Assembly (NCBI GenBank): GCA_963721405.1
Contig: CAVRJA010000014.1
Location: forward strand, 909,691-973,690
Length of the DNA: 64,000 nt
Direction: 5' to 3'
Origin: an uncultured Acidobacteriota bacterium
GTDB taxonomy: Bacteria > Acidobacteriota > UBA6911
In this document: positions 24,836 through 33,187 of the stretch, in pieces
Layout: every line of letters begins with the position of its first letter
Numbering within the stretch: the stretch's first letter is position 1
Program-made: the position numbers and the translations under genes
The notes under the pieces: model-generated
The model's input: the letters and a program-made list of their open reading frames with translations, nothing else
Told to the model about the DNA's origin: nothing
Database searches by the model: none

Positions 24836-27400
24836 CTAACGGACGCATCGGAATCCCACCTGTGATGAGCACAAGGTAGGCACGGATCCGCCTCGCCACG
24901 CGGAGCGCAACATTCTCGGGTCGTCATTCCACGCTCCGCCGCGAACCGTCCTTGTGCCGCCGGCCTGCAGATTTTCCCTCCCGTCGTCGCCCCGGTATGG
25001 GTAGGCCGCAAACAGGCCGGACGTCCATTCCGCGACGTTGCCCGACATGTCGTACAATCCCCACGCATTCCGTCGCATAGCATTCCCTGTCGGGAGGGTG
25101 CCGGTGGGGCTGTTGACTCCAAAATTCGGGTTGAACAACGGGCCCCACCAGTAAGCGCTTGTCGTTCCGGCGCGACAGGCATACTCCCATTCGGCCTCCA
25201 GCGGCAGCCGCTTCCCGACCCACCGTGCGTAGGCCAGTGCTGCGTGCCAGCTTACATCCCGGACCGGGTGGAACTCCGTTTCCGCAGGATACAGGTTCCC
25301 CATCCAGGTTTTCAGGTAGTTGCCGTCCACGTAGGGGCCAATCCTCGCGCTCCCCTTCTGCCATTGGGGGTTGGCAAGGACGAACGCCTGGAAGGCGCTG
25401 TTTGTGACTTCCATCGTGTCTATCCAAAAGCCTCTTGTGAAGCTCAGGCTGTGTACGGGCTCTTCGTATTGTGTGTGCCCATACTCCATGGCGGGGCTGC
25501 CCATAAGAAACGTCCCTGGCGGGATCCAGGCCATGGTGCTGCCGTCAGGCGATTTCCAGGTTGTGCCCAGAGCCGGGTTCGCGGGTGGATCGTCGGGATT
25601 CATGAATTTCTCAAACCCATCGGCGATATGGTTGGCCGCGTCCTTCCGGCTGCCGAGATCTTCCCAACCGGGGATTTTGTCCGTGGGCTTTTCGGCCACG
25701 GCTTTGCTTCGGCTCTCCGGGACAGGCTCTTGCCTTCGGACGGCAGAACTGGCAGCGGTGCCTGTAGCGCTCCCCGCACTCGCTTTCGGAGACTCCGGCG
25801 GTGCGGCGGCGGACCCGGCGCCGCTCTGCGAATCGCTGCCGGAGCTGCCGGGGGTAGATTGGGGAACGGTGCTCGAACTCGAGTCGTTCGCATACTCGTT
25901 GAAAATCCAATAGGCGGAAGGAACTGCGAGAACGACCGCGGAGCCCAGAATGAGCAATGCGGTCTTCCATGAACCGCGCGGCTTGGGAAGAGCTTCCCGG
26001 AAAATCTCGGCTTTCGGAGGCTCTTGCCTTTTCTTCATCGCCTCCCGACACCTGGCAAGCGCCTGCGAAAGCATGGTCTGGTTCGGGTCGGCCTGCAGGG
26101 ACTGCACCAGGTAGTTCTCGGCTTCCTGATATTTTCCCTGTGTCAGCAGGGAATCGGCGTGGATCAAGACCGTCTCGGCCCATTGCTTCTTCACTGCCTC
26201 GGCCTGCTGTCGCTCTGATTCCCTGCGCGCCGTTTCCTTCCTTTCCGCCTCCTCTTCCGCGCGGCGCCTGGAGGCCTCCTTCTTTTCAACATCGGTCTGC
26301 CGCTGTCGCGCCAGGGCAAGCGCGTCATTCAAGGCGGCGTCGCCTGGTTTCAGGGACAGCGCTTCTTCCCAGTTGGCGATAGCGTCGGCGTACCTGCCTT
26401 CGTCGAACGCCTTCGTCCCGCGCAACTTCAACAAGGCCAGAGTCGGCGCCAGTTCCGGCTGCCGGCTGTCGTCTTCCTTGCGCTGCAGCTCGTCGAGGAG
26501 TTCCTGGAGGCTGTGAAAGCGGTTTTCGGGTTTCTTCTCGATGCATTTCATGACGATGCGTCTGATCCCGTCGGATGCATCCAGGATCTCGCGAGGCGTC
26601 TTGTGGCGGATCTGTGCGGTGATCTCGCCGGTGATAAAAGGCGGGTCTCCGGAAAGCATCTCATAGAGAACGACACCCAGCGAGTACAGGTCACTCGCTT
26701 CTCCGCTCTCGCCGTCGAGCTGCTCCGGCGACATGTAGAGCAGGGTTCCCGAGTCCTGCTGCGAGGTGAGCCGCGACATCGAATCGCGGCACAGCCGCGC
26801 GATGCCGAAGTCTGCGATCTTGATGGACCCGTCTTTCCCGATCAGGATGTTTCCCGGCTTGAGGTCCCGGTGGACGATCCTCTTCTGGTGCGCGTGCTGT
26901 AGTCCCTTGCAGATCTCGATCGCGATCGCGCGGGTTTCTTCCTCGGGGAGTTTGCCCTTCCTGGCCAGGAGGTGGGCCAGCGATTCGCCTTCCACATACT
27001 CCATGACGAGAAACTTGACGGTCGGCGCGTCCTCGAAATTGTGCACCCGCACCACATTGGCATGCGAAAGCATCATGGAGTGCTTCGCTTCGGCAATCAG
27101 CCGGCGAACGGACCCCGGATCACGACTCAGGAGATCCCGCAGGACCTTGATGGCGACCGGCATCTCCAGTTTCTCGTCGTGGGCAAGATACACCCGTCCC
27201 ATGCCGCCCACTCCCAGTTCCCGGAGGATCCGGTAGCGATTCAGCAGCATCGTGCCCGGAGGCAGGGTCATCTCGGTGGGAGCGGACCTCAGCGGATCCT
27301 GCGGTTCAGAGGTCACCGGGGTTGGGGTGAGGTCGCGGCCACAGCAGGAACAGAAGCGGCCGTCGTCCGGATTACTCGCACGGCAGTAGTTGCAGAACAT
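24836..27400 (-). CDS. Ser/Thr protein kinase with N-terminal zinc ribbon, TPR-like linker, TM helix and C-terminal FGE-sulfatase (SUMF1-like) domain
   Basis: MFCNYCRASNPDDGRFCSCCG. Kinase subdomains (GVGGMGRVYLA, AIKVL, HRDLKPGNIL, DFGIA, SPEQ). TM (ALLILGSAVVLAVPSAYWIF). FGE-sulfatase motifs (WHAALAYARWVGKRLPLEAEWEYACRAG, NAWGLYDMSGNVAEWT, RVVRGGAW). Confidence 0.9.
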   Translation of the reverse strand: MFCNYCRASNPDDGRFCSCCGRDLTPTPVTSEPQDPLRSAPTEMTLPPGTMLLNRYRILRELGVGGMGRVYLAHDEKLEMPVAIKVLRDLLSRDPGSVRRLIAEAKHSMMLSHANVVRVHNFEDAPTVKFLVMEYVEGESLAHLLARKGKLPEEETRAIAIEICKGLQHAHQKRIVHRDLKPGNILIGKDGSIKIADFGIARLCRDSMSRLTSQQDSGTLLYMSPEQLDGESGEASDLYSLGVVLYEMLSGDPPFITGEITAQIRHKTPREILDASDGIRRIVMKCIEKKPENRFHSLQELLDELQRKEDDSRQPELAPTLALLKLRGTKAFDEGRYADAIANWEEALSLKPGDAALNDALALARQRQTDVEKKEASRRRAEEEAERKETARRESERQQAEAVKKQWAETVLIHADSLLTQGKYQEAENYLVQSLQADPNQTMLSQALARCREAMKKRQEPPKAEIFREALPKPRGSWKTALLILGSAVVLAVPSAYWIFNEYANDSSSSTVPQSTPGSSGSDSQSGAGSAAAPPESPKASAGSATGTAASSAVRRQEPVPESRSKAVAEKPTDKIPGWEDLGSRKDAANHIADGFEKFMNPDDPPANPALGTTWKSPDGSTMAWIPPGTFLMGSPAMEYGHTQYEEPVHSLSFTRGFWIDTMEVTNSAFQAFVLANPQWQKGSARIGPYVDGNYLKTWMGNLYPAETEFHPVRDVSWHAALAYARWVGKRLPLEAEWEYACRAGTTSAYWWGPLFNPNFGVNSPTGTLPTGNAMRRNAWGLYDMSGNVAEWTSGLFAAYPYRGDDGRENLQAGGTRTVRGGAWNDDPRMLRSAWRGGSVPTLCSSQVGFRCVR

Positions 27401-27486
27401 GGTTGTGTCCGCAATCGGATGTGGTTGCCCCTAACCTACAGCACCTGCTGACGCGCAGGCAACTGTTTTCGTTCGGACCGTGGACC

Positions 27487-29274
27487 CTAATTCTTCTGTG
27501 CCGAGACCGTGCCCCAGCCCAGGGGGTTTTGAACCTGGCCGGTCATGTGGCGACCGTCGGGTGATACTTCGAGAGTGAGATTTGCCGGGATTGGCGGAGG
27601 AAGGGAATATCCATCCGCCTGATAACTGCCCCGGGAGCAGGTTGCGGTCAGGGTGCGTCCATTCAGGCTGCCCTCACAATCGTACTGCTCGACGATTCGA
27701 CTATGAAGCAGGCCGTCGAGCGCGATCCCCGAATAAGCAGCTAGGCAACTCAACTGCAAACGACTGTTCGCGCCGGTGATCTGCATCAGCCCCCTCACGT
27801 TGGTCGGGGCGACCGTATAAGACCACGCGCCTCCGAGATCCATTGCCGGCGGTGGAGGAGTGATCACCGGGGGAGGAATGCCCGGCGGGGGAGAGTACTT
27901 GGCCCCGGTACCGGCCGATTGAGACAGGATGTACGCGAATATCACCACGATCAGGAGGGCTGCGCCTGAAAGCACGATGATTTTCTTCACCGGCCTCGGA
28001 CGGGGGCCGGGTTCATTCATGAGTGGCGCCGCGCCCGGCGCCTGTTCCCGGCTCATCCTCCCGCGAGCCTCAGCGAGGCACGCCGTCAACCGGGGATGGT
28101 CCGGATGCTGCTGCAGGGCCTGTAGCAGCAAGTTCCGGGCATCCTGAATTCTCTCCTCCCGGAACATGAGCCTTGCCCGTGAGACAATATCATTGACCCA
28201 CGACTCTCCCGCATCTTCAGCCTGCCTGTGTCCCGCTTTCATGAGCGCGCGTTCGGCCTCTTCTGCACCCGGCACCGGGATCGCGGCCATCGCCGCTGTG
28301 GCGGTAGTGCCGGCGAGTTCCTTGCAGAGCTCGCGCGCGCTGGCAAAGCGGTCCTCCGGCTTCTTTTCCAGGCATTTCATGACGATGCGGCGCATCAGGG
28401 GAGACAGCCCCTCGATCTCTTTCGGGGCCTTGTAACGGATCTGAGCCGTGATCTCGCCCGTAGTGAATGGGGGGTCCCCGGAGAGCATCTCGTAGAGCAT
28501 GATGCCGAACGAGTATATGTCGCTTGCTTCCCGGCTCTCGCCATCCAGCTGTTCGGGTGACATATACAGGAGAGTTCCCGAGTCCTGTTGCGAGGTCAGG
28601 CGCGACACCGAGTCGCGGCAGACGCGCGCGATCCCGAAATCCGCGAGTCTGACCGAGCCGTCATTGCCCAGCAGGACGTTCCCCGGCTTCAGATCACGGT
28701 GAATGACTTTCTTCGAATGAGCGTGTTCCAGGCCTTTGCAGATCTCTATGGAGAGGCACCGCGATTCTTCCTCGGGGATTCTCCCTTCGCGGGCGATTCT
28801 GTGGGCGAGGGTTTCGCCTTCCACATATTCCATGACGAGGAACTTCGCCGTTTCCCCGTCCTCGAAATTGTGCAGGCGGATGATGTTCGGGTGCGCGAGT
28901 GTGATGGAGGCCTTGGCTTCGGAAATCAGCCTCCTGACGGAGCCCGGGTCCTGCCTCAGGATGTCGCGCAGCACCTTGACGGCGACCGGCATTCCGAGCT
29001 TCTGGTCCTCGGCCAGGTACACTCGTCCCATGCCTCCGGCGCCCAACTCCCGGACAATCTTGTATCGGCCCGACAGCATGGAACCTGTTTGCAATCCCAA
29101 CTCAGTTGCCGACGAGGCGAGCGCATCCACGGGTCCCGGTCCGTCCCGGCCGGCTCGCATACCGCCGCCGGTTCGTGGGGTCGTGGGCCGCAGTTCGGCC
29201 CTGCAGGAGCAGCAGAAGCGATCTTCTCCGCCGCATTCCGCTCCGCATTGAGGGCAATATCGTGTATCGGTCAT
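27487..29274 (-). CDS. Ser/Thr protein kinase with N-terminal zinc ribbon and C-terminal extracytoplasmic domain
   Basis: MTDTRYCPQCGAECGGEDRFCCSCRAEL. Kinase motifs (GAGGMGRVYLA, HRDLKPGNVLL, DFGIARV). TM (KKIIVLSGAALLIVVIFAYIL). Tandem paralog of the upstream kinase. Confidence 0.9.
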   Translation of the reverse strand: MTDTRYCPQCGAECGGEDRFCCSCRAELRPTTPRTGGGMRAGRDGPGPVDALASSATELGLQTGSMLSGRYKIVRELGAGGMGRVYLAEDQKLGMPVAVKVLRDILRQDPGSVRRLISEAKASITLAHPNIIRLHNFEDGETAKFLVMEYVEGETLAHRIAREGRIPEEESRCLSIEICKGLEHAHSKKVIHRDLKPGNVLLGNDGSVRLADFGIARVCRDSVSRLTSQQDSGTLLYMSPEQLDGESREASDIYSFGIMLYEMLSGDPPFTTGEITAQIRYKAPKEIEGLSPLMRRIVMKCLEKKPEDRFASARELCKELAGTTATAAMAAIPVPGAEEAERALMKAGHRQAEDAGESWVNDIVSRARLMFREERIQDARNLLLQALQQHPDHPRLTACLAEARGRMSREQAPGAAPLMNEPGPRPRPVKKIIVLSGAALLIVVIFAYILSQSAGTGAKYSPPPGIPPPVITPPPPAMDLGGAWSYTVAPTNVRGLMQITGANSRLQLSCLAAYSGIALDGLLHSRIVEQYDCEGSLNGRTLTATCSRGSYQADGYSLPPPIPANLTLEVSPDGRHMTGQVQNPLGWGTVSAQKN

Positions 29275-29346
29275 GACCGGGCGCCTGCAATCGGTGAAAC
29301 TGGAAAATCCGCGATTCTTCGGTCCTCTGCCGCCGCAGCCGGTTTG

Positions 29347-30711
29347 CTATGTTGTGTTGGCCCTCATCACCATCGGCGGGACGGGCTTGAAGCCTTCGTT
29401 CCGGGCGGACAACACATCGATGGCGCACATGAGCCGATCCGGATCGCTCAGGCAGTACTTCGCCTCATCAATACAATCTTTGAATTTTTTCAGAGGTGTC
29501 AGCGTGAAGGTGGTGGAATTCAGCGGCAGCCATGCGCCGCTGGAAACCAGTTTCTCCACGGCCTCGGGATTCGTGACGGCGGCCACAGGACAATTCTGTT
29601 CCACAAGCCAGGCGCCGAAGAACGCGTGCCCGCGGAGCAGAAAAACAAGCGGATTCAATCCCATGCGTTCCACGCAGGCCGCGCACAGCAGCGCCAGGTC
29701 CAGGCAGGTGCCCCGGCGGTGCTTGAGGATCTGTTCCGGGAAAAAGACTTTCTGGGAAAGCGTATTGCTTCCGTCTGGCAGAATTTCCGGCATCTCGAAA
29801 CTCGGCGGCGGATTGATGTAGGTGAGCTGCAGATCCATCTGCAGGGTGAGGAAGAGGGCTTCGAGCATCTGTGTCACCTTCTTGGGATCCCCGGACTGAT
29901 AGCCGTCGAGCGCCGTCTCCCGGTACTCTTTCTTCAGCCGGTCGCGGACGAGCGACACGATCTGCTCCACGGACTCTGAATTGGGTTGAACGAAGCAGGC
30001 CATGATTTCCTGGGCCTCGGGGTGGTAGTACCACTCGTTGTACGCCAGGACCTCCAGGGGATAGGTCTCCGAAATCTGGAGATTCCCCTCGGTGAAGACA
30101 TCGATCCTGAGATTGGCTTTCTCGGCCTCGCGCACTTCCTGCAGACGGGACTTTGTCAGAGGGACGACGATCTTCGTCTGGACGTGGCTCTGTCCGGGCG
30201 GGATGGACGGCAGCGTTTTCTGCCAGGGCTCGCCGTAATCGGTGGCCACCCAGGCTTTGATCAGCACGTCGTTCGCGGCCTCGCTGGAGAGGTTGCGGAT
30301 GGTCAGAGACGGGATGAGCGGCATGCCGCAGTGCGCGAGTGCATAATTGAGGCGGGGCAGCGGCTGAACCTGGAGTTCGAGGTTGTGGGTCGTGACTCGC
30401 CTAAAAGCCGGCGTTGCCTTGAATGTGGTGTCGAGTTTCGGCATTTCGCGGCTCAGGTCGGACAGGGTCGGCAAGCCGGCTCTGAATTGTCTGAGCGCGG
30501 CGCGGCTCTGCTGGAAGGAGCTGTCACGGCCGCTTCGCAGCTTATCGAGCGCGCTGCCGCCTGCGCCGGGAAGTGCGCTCTCCGGAGCTCCCGAAGGCAT
30601 CCCGGAAGTCTGGGGTGGAGCCTGTTTGGGGCGCGGTTCGCCGCAGGAAACACAGAACTTGCCGGCCGGGTCATTCTCGGCGTGGCACTTTGGACAATTC
30701 CAGTTTGGCAT
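29347..30711 (-). CDS. zinc-ribbon protein with C-terminal transglutaminase-like cysteine-protease domain
   Basis: Start at the internal Met giving MPNWNCPKCHAENDPAGKFCVSCGEP. C-terminal TGase-core pattern (RRGTCLDLALLCAACVERMGLNPLVFLLRGHAFFGAWL). Confidence 0.75.
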   Translation of the reverse strand: MPNWNCPKCHAENDPAGKFCVSCGEPRPKQAPPQTSGMPSGAPESALPGAGGSALDKLRSGRDSSFQQSRAALRQFRAGLPTLSDLSREMPKLDTTFKATPAFRRVTTHNLELQVQPLPRLNYALAHCGMPLIPSLTIRNLSSEAANDVLIKAWVATDYGEPWQKTLPSIPPGQSHVQTKIVVPLTKSRLQEVREAEKANLRIDVFTEGNLQISETYPLEVLAYNEWYYHPEAQEIMACFVQPNSESVEQIVSLVRDRLKKEYRETALDGYQSGDPKKVTQMLEALFLTLQMDLQLTYINPPPSFEMPEILPDGSNTLSQKVFFPEQILKHRRGTCLDLALLCAACVERMGLNPLVFLLRGHAFFGAWLVEQNCPVAAVTNPEAVEKLVSSGAWLPLNSTTFTLTPLKKFKDCIDEAKYCLSDPDRLMCAIDVLSARNEGFKPVPPMVMRANTT

Positions 30712-30782
30712 TACGGATCCCCCGTTAGTCTGACATGTGCTCCACCCGGCGACACGGGTGAATGACAAAAAGAACGAACCAC

Positions 30783-30885
30783 GAAGACTCAAAGACCTCA
30801 AAGACGGCCGGTGTGGAGAGCCTTAGAGCAAGGCTGCCCCTGCGGAGGAAGCGACAGCCCCCGCCTTTGAGGTCTTCGAGTCTTT
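30783..30885. promoter_or_regulatory. long imperfect inverted repeat in intergenic or leader region
   Basis: GAAGACTCAAAGACCTCAAAG (30783..30803) pairs with CTTTGAGGTCTTCGAGTCTTTGAGG (30865..30885), with about a 60-nt loop. The flanking GAACCACGAA motif is shared with the 19414 hairpin. Confidence 0.5.
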
Positions 30886-30940
30886 GAGGCTTGGAGGTTC
30901 TCCAATAGTCAACGACTCATGTTGTCGTGCAACACCCTGG

Positions 30941-33061
30941 CTACTCATAAAACTTGTGGCCGCAGTTGTCACAGAACTTGTTTCCCTCCATGGTTTTCAG
31001 ATGGCACTTGGGACAGACGACCACCGAGCCGGCGCCGGTTTGGGACATGCCGGCGGTCTGAATCACGCCTGAGCCCGGGGTGATCACCATGGTTCCGGGC
31101 TGGGCGGAACGAGCGGCAGCCGTGGCCGTGTCGCGCTGGGTGTCCATGCCGCGGTTGTACATCTCCTGCATCATGTGCGCATACTCGCGGCTCATATCCT
31201 TGAGATCGGCGAAGCCCTGGTCCTTTATGGCCAGCATGCGGTCGTAGGCTTTCTGAACCTCCGCCGCGGTGGCGCCCCGGAATTTCTCCTGGAAGGCCTT
31301 AGCGACTTCCGGGCTCTTATCGGCGGCCATGGCAAGAATCTGCTCCTCGGACAGGCCTCGCAGATTTTCGGCGCGCTTCAGGTCGGCCAGCATGGCGGCA
31401 CGGTCCGCGGGGGCCGCCGCGATCAACGCTTCCGCCGACAGGTTCGAGAGCGCCTGGATCCTGGCGAGTTCCTGGGCGTGCCGTTGCGACTCCTCTCTCA
31501 TGGCGATTTCCGACCTGGCCGCCTGCTCGCGCACGGTGCGGTCCGTATCCCAGTCCGCTTCCTCCCTCTTGGTCTGCTTCATCTGCTTCAGGATTTCGAT
31601 GGCTTTCTGGGCTTCGATCGCATCGAGCTCGATCTGAGATAAATGTTCCTTCCTTTCGAGTTCGATCTCCGTTTCCTTTTTCGTCTTTCCGAGCCTGATC
31701 GCCGTTTCCGCTTCGAGCTGCTTCGCGGCCACATCCTGCTGGATCTTCGCCCACTCCGATGCCTGGCGCATCTCCACCTCTTTGCGCTGCGCGGCCAGTT
31801 CATGCTCCAGCTGCGCCATCTCCTCGGCGCGGACGGATCCGGCGACCGTCTGGTTGAGGGAAATCTTGCCCGCCAGCGCGGCACGCGCGAGGTCCGTGTC
31901 CTGCTCGACCTTCAAACGCTGAATCAAATGCGCCCTTGCCAGATCGTGATCCTCCTTCTTTTCGCCGAAATCCTGGGTCAGGACGCGCATTTCCTCGGCG
32001 CGCAGGAGCTTGTCCTTGTCGATGGACTGCAGGAACTTTTCCAGCTCCACCTCGTTGGTCACCTGGTTCATTTCATTGGATGAGACTGCCTTCCGCATGC
32101 GCTCGAACACCCGGGCACGATCCTCGTACACCTCCAGCTGCATGAGCGCCTTGGCCGTCTCCTGGTCCAGCAGCCTGCGATCCAGTCCTGTCTGGGAACC
32201 CTCGCCGGCGAGCTTGGTTTCCAGGTCCTGGGCGTTCAGCCAGTACTCTTCCCTCTTGTCGTTGAGCGCGTCCAGCCGCGGGTGCCGGAAATCGAAAATC
32301 CGGATCTGAATGAACGACAGTCCCTTCCTGTCGAAAGTGGTTGCGAGATGCTGCGCCACTCCCTGCTCCATCTGCTGCTTGACCGCCAGGCTTGTCGACA
32401 GCTCCTGGACCGACCTGCTGCCCACGAACTCCATCAGGCAGTTGCGCAACTCCCCTTCGAGGAAACCATTCAGCTCGTTCAGCGAGTAGTTCTGCCGCCC
32501 CTTCATCATGTTCTCGAAAAACAGGGTGGGATTGTCCATCTGGACGACCAGCCTGCACTCCGCCTCCAGCCTGATGGGATCACGAGTCGTCAGGCCTGCG
32601 AGCGAGAACTGCAGTTCCACGTCGCCCGTATCCACGAGCACGGCCGTCGTGGTCTTGTAATTGAAGATATTCTGGATTCGCTGCAGCACCCCCCCCATGT
32701 CGTATCTGCCGGGGTCGAGGATCCCGGAACAGGCGCCGTTTACGAAAAAGATCGCCCGGGTGCCGGCTTCCACGACGAGGCCCCTCTTGAAGAGCCCCTC
32801 CACATCGTCGACCTCGACCCTTGTGGCGAAGTCTTCAACCCGGCGGGCCCACCGGTTCCCCGTCAGTCTGGGGGCTGCGCTTTCAGAAAGGGGCTTGCCG
32901 CAGTTGCCGCAATACGTCCTGTCTGCAGGGACCGTGGCGCCGCAGCTGCTGCATTTGAGCTCTGATCCGGGCAGGCGCTCGCCACAGTTGCCGCAGTAGC
33001 GCGAGCCCTGCTTGTTTCTGGCATTGCATTTGGGACACTCAACCTGAAATAGGGGAACCAT
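30941..33061 (-). CDS. double-zinc-ribbon + SPFH(band-7)-like + long coiled-coil protein with C-terminal zinc ribbon
   Basis: N-terminus MVPLFQVECPKCNARNKQGSRYCGNCG...CSSCGATVPADRTYCGNCG. SPFH-like segment (AIFFVNGACSGILDPGRYDMGG...TAVLVDTGDVELQF...RLEAECRLVVQMDNP). About 350 aa of heptad-rich coiled coil. C-terminal CPKCHLKTMEGNKFCDNCG. GGAGG RBS. Confidence 0.75.
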   Translation of the reverse strand: MVPLFQVECPKCNARNKQGSRYCGNCGERLPGSELKCSSCGATVPADRTYCGNCGKPLSESAAPRLTGNRWARRVEDFATRVEVDDVEGLFKRGLVVEAGTRAIFFVNGACSGILDPGRYDMGGVLQRIQNIFNYKTTTAVLVDTGDVELQFSLAGLTTRDPIRLEAECRLVVQMDNPTLFFENMMKGRQNYSLNELNGFLEGELRNCLMEFVGSRSVQELSTSLAVKQQMEQGVAQHLATTFDRKGLSFIQIRIFDFRHPRLDALNDKREEYWLNAQDLETKLAGEGSQTGLDRRLLDQETAKALMQLEVYEDRARVFERMRKAVSSNEMNQVTNEVELEKFLQSIDKDKLLRAEEMRVLTQDFGEKKEDHDLARAHLIQRLKVEQDTDLARAALAGKISLNQTVAGSVRAEEMAQLEHELAAQRKEVEMRQASEWAKIQQDVAAKQLEAETAIRLGKTKKETEIELERKEHLSQIELDAIEAQKAIEILKQMKQTKREEADWDTDRTVREQAARSEIAMREESQRHAQELARIQALSNLSAEALIAAAPADRAAMLADLKRAENLRGLSEEQILAMAADKSPEVAKAFQEKFRGATAAEVQKAYDRMLAIKDQGFADLKDMSREYAHMMQEMYNRGMDTQRDTATAAARSAQPGTMVITPGSGVIQTAGMSQTGAGSVVVCPKCHLKTMEGNKFCDNCGHKFYE

Positions 33062-33187
33062 GGCATGCCTCCAAATCGGTCGCCGATAGGGATTTCGCCT
33101 GGATTGCGATGATAACGGCGAAGATTGCTAAGAGAATCTGAACCTCCTCATCAGTGAGGCTTCGTGCCGCACGTTGCGGCGGTTGCA

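Noticed and set aside
28588-29979. 463-aa plus-strand ORF
   Set aside because: Antisense to the second Ser/Thr kinase and the transglutaminase-like gene. No domain pattern.
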